Below are positions 18,553 through 27,009 of a stretch of DNA of 64,000 nucleotides, piece by piece; position 1 is the stretch's first letter; every line of letters begins with the position of its first letter. The notes under the pieces are model-generated. The model searched no databases and had not been told where the DNA came from. It saw only the letters and a list, made by a program, of their open reading frames with translations. The stretch covers positions 7,967-71,966 of the forward strand of contig JAQBRD010000026.1 in NCBI GenBank assembly GCA_028286665.1, in the 5' to 3' direction. The DNA comes from Candidatus Tayloriibacteriota bacterium (GTDB taxonomy: Bacteria; Patescibacteriota; Minisyncoccia; Phycocordibacterales; PALSA-1337). The position numbers were made by a program, and so were the translations under genes.

Positions 18553-20031
18553 TTATTTTAATTTGGCTACGGTCTCCTCGATCATCCCTCTGAATCCGTG
18601 CGAGCCGAGGAAGACGATGACGTTTCCTGCGCCTGCATCTTCTCCGGATCGAGCTTCCGCGATGACTTTTGAGACGAGAGCGGCATCGTCTTCGATATAG
18701 ATGGCTTCTTTTTTCGCATGTGAAATATGGTCGGCGAGCTCCTGGCCTTCGAGGGGCTGATCCTTGGGATCGGTCTTCGTCTCATCTATCTTGAGCTTGG
18801 TGAGACGGGGAATGATGACAAGGTCCGCGTCCCTGAAAGCGCCGCCGTTTCTGTCATCGGTGCTCTTGTCGTATGCTCCGATCGAGCTCTTCTGGCGGCC
18901 GCCGATATTCGGCTCGTAGATCGCGATGATCTTCTTGCCGTAGACTTCTCGAATGCTTTCGAGTCCTGATGCGGCTTTTTCCGGAGTCGGCGCGTGCGTA
19001 TCGATGACAGTGATGCCGCTGTTCTGCGCAGCATCACCCGCCTGGCCGTCGAGCCGCCGTTCGAGTCTCCGCTTGATGCCTTTGAATGCAGCGAGAGCCG
19101 CGATGATCTTGTCGGCAGAAATTCCGATATGGTGAGCCATGGCGAATACTCCGGCGATATTCTCGACGTTGTAGCGTCCGAGCATCGGGGAGGCGACATG
19201 ATAGGCCTGTCCGGCGTGATCGATATCAAATGCGATGCCGGCTTTCGTATGCTGCACGCTGCGATATCGGTAGTCGACTTCTTCATTCATGCCATACGTG
19301 ACGACTTTCGCTGCCGCTGCGCCGATGATCTTGTTCACGCCCTCGTCATCCGCGCATGCGACGATCACGCCGCTTGCCGGAATGCCTGCGACGAGCTTTT
19401 CGAATGTCTTGAAATAATCTGCCTCGGTCGGGTAGAGGTCGGCATGATCCCATGAGACGGATGTGAGCAGGAGGTGCGTCGGATCGTAATATGCGAATTT
19501 CGGAAGCTTGTCGTAGATCGCGGTCTGATATTCGTCGCCTTCGACGACGCTCCATTTCGAAATGCTCGCATCGATGAGTGCGCCGGTCGGATGCGACATC
19601 GAGAGGCCTCCGGTGAAATAGCTCGGATTCATTCCTGCCTCGATGAGCACGAATGAGAGGAGGGCCGAAGTAGTCGTCTTGCCCCAAGTTCCGGCGGTGA
19701 CGATCGAATTCGGCCGGATGAAGTATTTCTGGAGGATTTGAGCGTACGGATAAAAGGGAATGCCGTGCTCTTTCGCATAGACGACCTCAGGATTCGAAAG
19801 GCTCGTGCCTGATCCGCCTACCATCACGACGTCTGGCTTGCCGATCTTTTCGGGGTGCCAGCCGGCATAGTACTCGATGCCGGCTTCGGCAAGATTCGTC
19901 GAAACGGGAGGGTAGAAGCCCTTGTCGCTGCCGGTCACTTTCCAGCCTGCTTGGTGAAAAGCGACGGCAAGCGCACCAGTGCCGACGCCGCAGATGCCGA
20001 CGATGTGGATGTGTTTCGGTTTATTTTCCAT
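18553..20031 (-). CDS. mpl: Mur ligase of the MurC/Mpl family, most like the peptidoglycan-recycling tripeptide ligase Mpl.
   Basis: N-terminal HIHIVGICGVGTGALAVAFHQAGWKVTGSDKGFYPPVSTNLAEAGIEYYAGW matches the Mpl N-terminus (GSDANVYPPMSTLLE...). Mur-ligase central and C-terminal domains present. Confidence 0.7.
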   Translation of the reverse strand: MENKPKHIHIVGICGVGTGALAVAFHQAGWKVTGSDKGFYPPVSTNLAEAGIEYYAGWHPEKIGKPDVVMVGGSGTSLSNPEVVYAKEHGIPFYPYAQILQKYFIRPNSIVTAGTWGKTTTSALLSFVLIEAGMNPSYFTGGLSMSHPTGALIDASISKWSVVEGDEYQTAIYDKLPKFAYYDPTHLLLTSVSWDHADLYPTEADYFKTFEKLVAGIPASGVIVACADDEGVNKIIGAAAAKVVTYGMNEEVDYRYRSVQHTKAGIAFDIDHAGQAYHVASPMLGRYNVENIAGVFAMAHHIGISADKIIAALAAFKGIKRRLERRLDGQAGDAAQNSGITVIDTHAPTPEKAASGLESIREVYGKKIIAIYEPNIGGRQKSSIGAYDKSTDDRNGGAFRDADLVIIPRLTKLKIDETKTDPKDQPLEGQELADHISHAKKEAIYIEDDAALVSKVIAEARSGEDAGAGNVIVFLGSHGFRGMIEETVAKLK

Positions 20032-20692
20032 TGAGGATCATTTTAGCTTTTTCGAGGTCAGTCTGCCACATTTTGCCGTCGAACCATTCGAGACCGGCGA
20101 ACTGAAGCTTGTAGATGTCGCCTGGACGCTGGAGGGAACCGAGATAGATGAAGCGCTTGCCGGATTTCTTCGCATATTCGATCGCGGTGAGCATCATGCC
20201 CATGCCCATGTTTTTCGAAGCGGCAGCGAGATCATAGAAAGGGTAGCTATAGTGGAGCATCGCCGAGTTCTCATAGGCGATGCAGTAGGCGGCGGAAGCG
20301 GAGTTTTCTGCGCCGGTCGAATAGGCGAGGAGCGAATTGAAATTGCCCGCCGCTGCGTCTGTCAGGATTTCCTTGATCTTCACTGCGCTCATGATGCCGG
20401 GGCCGAATTTCGCTTCATAGAAATCCTTGGCGAGTTTGCCGAGCGACCAATGATAGTCGGCGAGCGGCAGCGGCTTCGTCGAGAGGGCAATGTTCGCCTC
20501 AGCAGCCTTTTTCAGGATGCGGCGGTTCTCGCTCGAGAGTTCGAATTTCGCGAGGTCGACGCGGACGCTTCGTGTCTGATGCATGACGCCCTTGCCGATG
20601 CGAGTGAAGACATAGCCGCGCTCATACTGCGCAGCGATATTCGCTTCGGAAAAATCCGCTATCGTCGTTTCGTCCCAATGAAGATATTCCAT
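20021..20692 (-). CDS. Aminoacyl-tRNA--protein transferase-like protein (Bpt/Ate1 family, GNAT/FemX fold).
   Basis: ATE_N-like YERGYVFTRIGKGVMHQTRSVRVDLAKFELSSENRRILKK, compared with Bpt GFRRSG...RIPV..F.P.R.QRRI.KR. ATE_C-like MLHYSYPFYD...RFIYLGSLQRPGDIYKLQF, compared with Bpt VYTFFDP...YVYLGYWI...YKLDF. The Cys cluster of canonical Ate/Bpt is absent. The stop overlaps the mpl start by 11 nt. Confidence 0.5.
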   Translation of the reverse strand: MEYLHWDETTIADFSEANIAAQYERGYVFTRIGKGVMHQTRSVRVDLAKFELSSENRRILKKAAEANIALSTKPLPLADYHWSLGKLAKDFYEAKFGPGIMSAVKIKEILTDAAAGNFNSLLAYSTGAENSASAAYCIAYENSAMLHYSYPFYDLAAASKNMGMGMMLTAIEYAKKSGKRFIYLGSLQRPGDIYKLQFAGLEWFDGKMWQTDLEKAKMILNGK

Positions 20693-20731
20693 ATATATTT
20701 TGAAAGTGGTGGCTGCGATCCGCTGTTTCGC

Positions 20732-21862
20732 TTAGTGCAGCGAAAGCCAGACGCCGAAGATCACGAAGAAGAGATGCACGATCCAGAAGCGCATGATGGT
20801 CTTCTCTTCGCTCCAGCCGGTGAGCTCGAAGTGATGATGGAGCGGCGCCATCTTGAAGATGCGTCGGCCGAGGACATATCGGCCTGCGACCTGGATGAGC
20901 ACGGTGATCGCTTCGACATAGAAGAGGAAGCCGAGGAAGAAGATCGTGCCGATTTCGCCGATGGCGAGGGCATTGATGGCGAAGAGCGCTCCGATGCCGA
21001 GCGAGCCGACGTCGCCCATCTGGAATCTGGCAGGTTTGATATTGAAATACGTGTAGGCGATGAGCGCGCCGACGACGGTCGCATTGAGGATCGCGATGCG
21101 TCCGAAGCCGTCGAGCCACGAGAGCAGGGTAAGCGCCGAGAATGTCGTGATGAGCATGCCGCCGGCGAGGCCGTCCATGCCGTCGGCGATGTTGACCGCG
21201 TTCGCAGTGAACATGACGATGAAAATAATGATTGGGATGATCAGCCATCCGACGAAGACGTCGCCGACGAAAGGAAAGTATATATAGTGCCATGCGTCGC
21301 CGAGCTTGCCATAGATCCACCATGCTGACATGCTCCCGGCGAGGAATTGGAGTAGGAGCTTCTCGTGCACGTAGACGCCTTTGCCCGGATGCGAGCCGAG
21401 CCAGAGCGAAGCGCGCTTGAATACTGCCCATGGGAGCGTGATCGTATACCAGAATCTCATTTTGAATTCCTGATGCACGCGGATGAGCGTCATCGTCTGC
21501 GCGAGCGAACGGCTGCGGCGCTTCCGGCCGAAGATATTGAGGATGTCGTCGATGCCTCCGAGAAGCGCCGCGAAGACCATCACGCCGATCGGAACCCAGG
21601 TGAGCTTGCGATCCCAGTTGAAGAGCATCGTGACGACTGCGACCGTGACGATGATGAGCAATCCTCCCATGACCGGCGTATTGACCTTGCTCCGGCGGCT
21701 TTCCATCGTCAGCGTCGCATCATAGTCGTTGCGGCGGGTGACATTGAGCTTGCGGAGGAAGTCGATGAGGATCGGCGCCCAAAGGAAGGCGACGATGCAG
21801 GAAATGACGGCAAAGCCCAGAATATACGAGAGGCTGCCGATGTCGGAGGGAGTTATGAACAT
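20732..21862 (-). CDS. mraY: Phospho-N-acetylmuramoyl-pentapeptide transferase.
   Basis: MraY/WecA motifs NTPVMGGLLII, NAVNIADGMDGLAGG and MGDVGSLGIGAL. Ten or more TM helices. Confidence 0.85.
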   Translation of the reverse strand: MFITPSDIGSLSYILGFAVISCIVAFLWAPILIDFLRKLNVTRRNDYDATLTMESRRSKVNTPVMGGLLIIVTVAVVTMLFNWDRKLTWVPIGVMVFAALLGGIDDILNIFGRKRRSRSLAQTMTLIRVHQEFKMRFWYTITLPWAVFKRASLWLGSHPGKGVYVHEKLLLQFLAGSMSAWWIYGKLGDAWHYIYFPFVGDVFVGWLIIPIIIFIVMFTANAVNIADGMDGLAGGMLITTFSALTLLSWLDGFGRIAILNATVVGALIAYTYFNIKPARFQMGDVGSLGIGALFAINALAIGEIGTIFFLGFLFYVEAITVLIQVAGRYVLGRRIFKMAPLHHHFELTGWSEEKTIMRFWIVHLFFVIFGVWLSLH

Positions 21863-21921
21863 GCCTTCAAGAATACCTTAAAACCCCTTTATTTTCAAAG
21901 GATTCACGGATATGGATACAA

Positions 21922-21950
21922 TTGACATATACCGTATAATATGTTATTAT
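21922..21950 (+). promoter_or_regulatory. Sigma-70-type promoter candidate TTGACA-17 nt-TATTAT upstream of the PKD-domain secreted-protein gene.
   Basis: TTGACA at 21922..21927, 17-nt spacer, TATTAT at 21945..21950. Confidence 0.4.
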
Positions 21951-22053
21951 ACAACACGATACACATTTGTTGGGCAAAACCCGGATTCCGCTGCGTGTGC
22001 AGCGAAGTCTCTTTGACAAAATAAAAAACAATACGGCACTACGGTTACATCGG

Positions 22054-23283
22054 ATGAAAAAACTGCTATTCCTATCGGCCCTGGTCTTCCAGGGGTTATT
22101 CACTTCAATCACAACCCAGGCTCAGTTGCAGCCGCTTCTCGTGCTCTCCGGTTCCGCGGAAATCGTTCAGAAAGACGAACGGATATCCATCGGTACCAAT
22201 CGCACGATCAAGGTGGTCTTCAGTTGCGGCACGCCTACCAACGCCTACGGAGTCCTGCTCGTGAGTCATCTTTCGGACGGATATCCTTGGAATGACACTT
22301 GGCTTCGTCTTGGCAATCAGGACTTCGCTGCTGGAAGCAATACGAATACGTATGTCGTCCCGACGAACATCATCGGGGCGGACCGCTTCAGCATTCAGCT
22401 GATGCAGGCGCTTCCTGATCACAGCGTCGTTCCGTTCGCAGAAAGCGAAATGTTCTTCATCGAAGAGGCTCCTGCTATCTCCGTTTCTCTCACCGAAGAA
22501 AATCGCGTGTGGAAAAGGGGAGAGACGAAGGAGATCAGCTTCATATGGGAAAATCTGAAAGTCGGCGATCCGTACTGGATCGTCATGGGGTTCGCTCAGA
22601 ATCACGGATGGCAGGGCGAAGCATACGGCTTCACTCTGCATCAGGGAATTTTTGATGCGGAGTCGGGATCGAAAACCATATCGGTAATCGTTCCGACGAA
22701 CATGGCAATCGGAGAGCACTTCGTGAGAGTCTCGTCGCCAGAAGCTTATAACTTCCTGACCGAGACTGTCTACGGAGCGCCGACGAATATTCCCACCGCT
22801 TCGAGAATCTCAGGCATCAATGTGGGTCCAATGAGTTCAGAAAAGCCCAGTGAGGTATCGCTAGACCTCGAAGGCATTCCTGGGCATACGTATCAAGTGC
22901 AGATGACTACGAACTTCGTGGATTGGACAACTTTCACGAATTCGCCGGTCGGCAGCCCTTCGGGGTACTTCTACTTCGATCGCTGGATCACGAATGACGT
23001 GAACAGCTTCTATCGGCTGAAGGAGATTCCGTATCTGAACGTCAGCTTCACCGTTTCTCCTGAACATCCTCATGTGAATGAGCCGGTCACTTGGACTGCG
23101 GTGGTATCAGGCGGCGATGGTCCGTATTACTACGGATGGACAGCCGTCGATGGGCTTACCGGAGAGGGATCGACCTTCACGGACACCTACGGAAATTCTT
23201 CGGCTGCCAGAGTGAAGCTAAATGTGAAATCGGGAGATCAGCAGGTCACGATTTCTTGCACAGTGCCTATCATCGAAAATTAG
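22054..23283 (+). CDS. Secreted protein with a C-terminal PKD-like domain.
   Basis: Signal peptide MKKLLFLSALVFQGLFTSITTQA (start set at this Met; the track ORF begins 29 codons earlier). PKD motif VSGGDGPYYYGWTAVDGLTGEGSTF. Confidence 0.5.
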   Translation: MKKLLFLSALVFQGLFTSITTQAQLQPLLVLSGSAEIVQKDERISIGTNRTIKVVFSCGTPTNAYGVLLVSHLSDGYPWNDTWLRLGNQDFAAGSNTNTYVVPTNIIGADRFSIQLMQALPDHSVVPFAESEMFFIEEAPAISVSLTEENRVWKRGETKEISFIWENLKVGDPYWIVMGFAQNHGWQGEAYGFTLHQGIFDAESGSKTISVIVPTNMAIGEHFVRVSSPEAYNFLTETVYGAPTNIPTASRISGINVGPMSSEKPSEVSLDLEGIPGHTYQVQMTTNFVDWTTFTNSPVGSPSGYFYFDRWITNDVNSFYRLKEIPYLNVSFTVSPEHPHVNEPVTWTAVVSGGDGPYYYGWTAVDGLTGEGSTFTDTYGNSSAARVKLNVKSGDQQVTISCTVPIIEN

Positions 23284-23304
23284 CTCCGTGCTTTAGTCAA
23301 AACG

Positions 23305-23356
23305 AAAGAACCCGCGCACACTTCGCAAGAAGCGTTCGCGGGTTTTCCTTTTTTAA
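23305..23356. terminator. Bidirectional intrinsic terminator between convergent genes.
   Basis: A-tract, stem aacccgcg / cgcgggtt, then ttttccttttttaaaa. Placed exactly between the stops at 23283 (+) and 23363 (-). Confidence 0.55.
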
Positions 23357-23362
23357 AATAAT

Positions 23363-24172
23363 TTATACAAACCAATTCAGTCGGCGGATCTCCGTGATCG
23401 ATTTCTTCGCGCGAGTGAATGTGAAATTCTCCTCGCCGGTTTTTCCAGCTTCGACCCATCGCTGCTCGAGGAGCGCCTTTTTCGGATCGGTGATATTGAT
23501 GACGCCCTGGCGGATGCCGTGCCCGTAGACGCCGTCGGTCGGCCATGCGATCGAGTGCGTGTAGTGGATCGCCGTCGGTATGAAATTCTGATACTCGATC
23601 TGGTGAATGAGAATGATGTGATCTCGCGCTCGATCTTCTTCGGATGCGTCAGGGTGCTTGATCATCGAAATGAAATCTCCCGGCTGAATGTCAGCGAGCG
23701 TGACGACGGAGCTGTTCTTGTCCGAAGCGAATGTCTGCACATTCGTATTCTCGGTCGGGCGGATCCTGCAGACAATTTTGCCGATGATGCCTTTCTTGCA
23801 GTAAGGAAATGAGAGGTGCCGATCGATCTGGCCTTTGCTGCGGCCGATGCTTTCCGCATTGAGCACGTAATAGACAAGTCCGGAGCAGTCGATGCCGAGC
23901 CGATGATCCACCATGAATTCTTTGAGAGCAGCGCCGGTGAACGAGCTCGGGACGATCTTCTCTTTGAGCGCGGTGATTTCCGCTTCCTCATATATATCGT
24001 GCGGACTGCCTTTGCCTTTGAGTGCGCGAAGTCCTGCGCGGAGTCCGGCCCGGCGGTTATTGAAATAGGGAACGGAGCAGATGCCGGAAAGCGTCGTGCC
24101 GCTGCCGATATGGAAATTACTGTATTGCTCGATGACTGCAAGCGCCCGGTCTGTGAGGAGTTTTGTATTCAT
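23363..24172 (-). CDS. Cytoplasmic NlpC/P60 (CHAP-like) papain-fold amidase/peptidase.
   Basis: Catalytic Cys context GIDCSGLVYYVL, downstream His region (ARDHIILIHQIE), and no signal peptide. The 19-nt gap after the ATP-grasp gene suggests an operon. Confidence 0.55.
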   Translation of the reverse strand: MNTKLLTDRALAVIEQYSNFHIGSGTTLSGICSVPYFNNRRAGLRAGLRALKGKGSPHDIYEEAEITALKEKIVPSSFTGAALKEFMVDHRLGIDCSGLVYYVLNAESIGRSKGQIDRHLSFPYCKKGIIGKIVCRIRPTENTNVQTFASDKNSSVVTLADIQPGDFISMIKHPDASEEDRARDHIILIHQIEYQNFIPTAIHYTHSIAWPTDGVYGHGIRQGVINITDPKKALLEQRWVEAGKTGEENFTFTRAKKSITEIRRLNWFV

Positions 24173-24191
24173 GTGCGGTTATTGTTTCGTG

Positions 24192-25487
24192 TTATTTCGT
24201 AATTATCTCGACGATCTTCTTGCCGCGCAAATTGAATTTGGTATGCGTCTCCATGATGCCGCGGAGATTCTGGATGCGGATAAGGTCGGCATTCGGCTTC
24301 GTATTCGGATACTGGATCGTGATGAAGCCGGCTTCGTCGAGTTCCTTCGCTGCCTTGTCGCTCACTGATTTCTTCGAAGCAGTGACTCGCTGGATGATCT
24401 GCGCGCCATCATACACCGGGATGAGCGGCTGCACCGTGCCGCCGCCCTCGAGCGATGCGAGATGCGCTTCGAACGTCGTCACTCCCTCGAGGCCAGCGAC
24501 TCGGAGTCCGAGCTGGAGCTGGGATTCGAAGGTCGTGGAAGCCGGCTGGCGTGCGTTGATCTCGATGAGGCGGATCTCGTCGCGCTCCTCGTCATATATG
24601 AGATCGATGCCGAAGAGTCCGCGCCAGCCGGCGGCCTTCATCTTCTCTGCGGTCTTCTGCGCGATCTCATGGATCGTCGCCACGTTCTTTTCCGTGAGGA
24701 TGCTGTGCGTCAGGCTCCAGTCATTGCCGATCGTGCTCCATGGATTGTCGGTGAAGGGAAGCGAGCCGGTGATCTGATAGCTGATGTTCGCTTCGCCGGC
24801 GAGCAGTGGGAGCACGTTCGACGTGAATGTGGGGCCTTTCACGAATACCGAGACTCGCGCATCGCGGTCGGGGAATTTCTGCTGGATTTCCTGGAGCTGC
24901 TTTTCGTTCGTGACGAGGATGGTCCCGTCGCCGGTGTGGCTGTGCGCCCACTGAATGATGAAAGGGATGAATTCGTCTTTCACCGCATCGAGCTCGCCGG
25001 ATGTATTCCGATATGTCGGCTTGATATGCTTCGTCTGGAGGATCTGATGAGCGGGCAGATATGAAACGAGCTCGCCGAGGAATTCGACCTGCGTGATCTT
25101 GTTCTCGATCTTTTCAGCGAGCGCCGCCGGCGGATTCACGAGCTGCCAGCCATGCTTCTTCGCGAGCGCTTCGATGCGAGGCGCATTCTTGAAGACGACG
25201 AGCTTCGCGCCTTCGTCCTTTGTGCTTTTCGTGATCGAGGCGGCCACTTCGGGAATCGAAAGGAGTTCGTAGGTGCCGAGAGTTTCAGTTTCGATTCCGG
25301 CTGCTTCGCCTGCAGCTACAGGACGATCGATGAGCCAGACGTTGTCAGGATATTTCGCCTGGATCTTTTCGGCATACGGCGTGCGGTTCGTGATGATGAA
25401 ATAATTGCACAAGGCATTGGCTCCCGGCTCCATGCCGAGCGCCCGCTCGATATCCCTCGCTACATATATGACAGGAGACAGTTTCAT
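24192..25487 (-). CDS. ATP-grasp superfamily ligase with a ~120-aa N-terminal pre-domain.
   Basis: ATP-grasp C-terminal signature GLFGIDLIYDEERDEIRLIEINARQ, central glycine-rich ATP loop (HSHTGDGTILV), and pre-ATP-grasp WQLVNPPAALAEKIENKITQVEFL. Confidence 0.65.
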   Translation of the reverse strand: MKLSPVIYVARDIERALGMEPGANALCNYFIITNRTPYAEKIQAKYPDNVWLIDRPVAAGEAAGIETETLGTYELLSIPEVAASITKSTKDEGAKLVVFKNAPRIEALAKKHGWQLVNPPAALAEKIENKITQVEFLGELVSYLPAHQILQTKHIKPTYRNTSGELDAVKDEFIPFIIQWAHSHTGDGTILVTNEKQLQEIQQKFPDRDARVSVFVKGPTFTSNVLPLLAGEANISYQITGSLPFTDNPWSTIGNDWSLTHSILTEKNVATIHEIAQKTAEKMKAAGWRGLFGIDLIYDEERDEIRLIEINARQPASTTFESQLQLGLRVAGLEGVTTFEAHLASLEGGGTVQPLIPVYDGAQIIQRVTASKKSVSDKAAKELDEAGFITIQYPNTKPNADLIRIQNLRGIMETHTKFNLRGKKIVEIITK

Positions 25488-25523
25488 GTTAGTGTGATGT
25501 GGTTAACCTACTATAGCATATTC

Positions 25524-26255
25524 ATGGCCATTTTCTACGTTATCGGCACTCCGATCGGCAATCTCGAAGACATCACGCTTCGGGCTATTCGCATCATGAA
25601 GGAAGTCGATCTCGTCCTCTGCGAAGACACGCGCATGACCCGCAAGCTGTTCGATAAGTACGCCATCCCGACCGCGAGCATGAGCTATCACGCGCAGAGC
25701 AAGCTTTCGAAGACCGATACGATCCTCGACATGCTCGCAGCCGGCAAGAACCTCGCGCTCGTTTCAGATGCCGGAACCCCGGGAATTTCAGATCCTGGAT
25801 CGATGCTCGTCTCGAAGATCCGAGAGCGCTTCGCTCCCGAGCTCGCTGCAGGAGAGATGAAAATTGAATCGATACCGGGGCCGTCTGCGCTCACCGCAGC
25901 GCTTTCTATTGCCGGAGTACCATGCTCGGATTTTACATTCCTCGGATTTCTTCCGCATAAGAAGGGCAGAGAGACGCTGTTCAAAGAGATGATCGCATCC
26001 GAACGCACGACAGTCTTTTATGAATCGCCGCACAGGATCCTGAAAGCACTCGAATCGATCGCTGCACTCTCTGCTGAACCAGCCGAAAAGTCGTATAAGG
26101 ACAAGGAGCTATCGCCGAAGCGCTTGACCATCGCCCGCGAGCTCACCAAGATGTTCGAACAGATCGTCTCGGGGACTCCAGCCGAAGTTCTCGCCTATTT
26201 CAATGCGCATCCGGACAAGGTCCGCGGCGAATTCGTCGTAATCATCTCGGCTTAA
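25524..26255 (+). CDS. rsmI: 16S rRNA (cytidine1402-2'-O)-methyltransferase.
   Basis: MAIFYVIGTPIGNLEDITLRAIRIMKEVDLVLCEDTRMTRKLF matches the RsmI N-terminus. Start set at this Met (ATG 25524..25526). The track's longer ORF overlaps the divergent ATP-grasp gene. Confidence 0.8.
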   Translation: MAIFYVIGTPIGNLEDITLRAIRIMKEVDLVLCEDTRMTRKLFDKYAIPTASMSYHAQSKLSKTDTILDMLAAGKNLALVSDAGTPGISDPGSMLVSKIRERFAPELAAGEMKIESIPGPSALTAALSIAGVPCSDFTFLGFLPHKKGRETLFKEMIASERTTVFYESPHRILKALESIAALSAEPAEKSYKDKELSPKRLTIARELTKMFEQIVSGTPAEVLAYFNAHPDKVRGEFVVIISA

Positions 26256-26322
26256 TCTCCTCGGAAATAAGTGGTATACTGGTCCGAGCAGTGTCGACTA
26301 GTTAATTCAACCCGGAAATTAT

Positions 26323-26688
26323 ATGAACACACCACCTACTCAGTCAGAGTTGCGTGTTCAGGGGTTAGCCGAACACGTCAGCAAGGGCAATCACAAGGCC
26401 GCAATGGAATGCATCCTTCGTGAAAAACAAGGTTCATCGCGAATAGCGCTCATATCGAAGCTCGTCCATTTCATCCAGACGAACAGATCGCATTTCAAGA
26501 AGGGAAATGATGAATTCAAGCCGATCATCGAAGCTCTTCTCAAGGTCCAAGACATTGATTCTGCAGTCATGCTGGCGCCTGTTCTCAGCCAGAGCCTCCG
26601 AAAGCAGGCAGATGCTGAAATAGACGCCGCAAGGGAGACCCTCGCAGAAAAGATCATCGCAGCGATCCGCTCCAAGACCGATATGTGA
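26323..26688 (+). CDS. Hypothetical alpha-helical protein.
   Basis: 121-aa ORF, coding-like composition, no motif recognised. Confidence 0.35.
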   Translation: MNTPPTQSELRVQGLAEHVSKGNHKAAMECILREKQGSSRIALISKLVHFIQTNRSHFKKGNDEFKPIIEALLKVQDIDSAVMLAPVLSQSLRKQADAEIDAARETLAEKIIAAIRSKTDM

Positions 26689-26711
26689 ACGGAATAAGCG
26701 AAATCACATGG

Positions 26712-26760
26712 CCGGCAGCATTCATCCGCTGCCGGTCATTTCGTTTTCATTTTATTTTGA
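26712..26760 (+). terminator. Intrinsic terminator.
   Basis: Stem ccggcagc / gctgccgg (26712..26735) followed by the T-rich run tcatttcgttttcattttatttt. Confidence 0.45.
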
Positions 26761-26784
26761 AAAATAATCCTGTATACTAGTGGC

Positions 26785-27006
26785 ATGTCAAAAAGACAAG
26801 TATTGATGATTCTCGGAATCTGGGTAATGGTGTTCATGTTCCTCGGAGTGACGCCTTTCTGGCTGAAGATCTTCGCCGTCATAACCGGCGCGATCATCGT
26901 CGGCATCACAGTCACGCTTCGGCAGGAGGTCGAGATTCACCATGTGCCTCAGCAGCAGAAGCCGACTCCCGTACCGTCGGCAGTTTCCGAAAATAATCCG
27001 CAATAA
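26785..27006 (+). CDS. Small two-TM membrane protein.
   Basis: 73 aa with two hydrophobic helices. Lies directly upstream (3 nt) of the GTG-initiated TIM-barrel gene. Confidence 0.35.
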   Translation: MSKRQVLMILGIWVMVFMFLGVTPFWLKIFAVITGAIIVGITVTLRQEVEIHHVPQQQKPTPVPSAVSENNPQ

Positions 27007-27009
27007 GCC

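Noticed and set aside
19979-21431. Large plus- and minus-strand ORFs (449 aa, 269 aa) overlapping the mraY and Bpt-like genes.
   Set aside because: They are antisense or out of frame relative to the MraY signature motifs. Extremely Arg/His/Asp-rich, non-protein-like sequences.
25152-25523. N-terminal 124-codon extension of the rsmI ORF in the track.
   Set aside because: The extension overlaps the divergent ATP-grasp gene on the other strand. RsmI homology begins at MAIFYVIGTPIGN, which has its own ATG at 25524.
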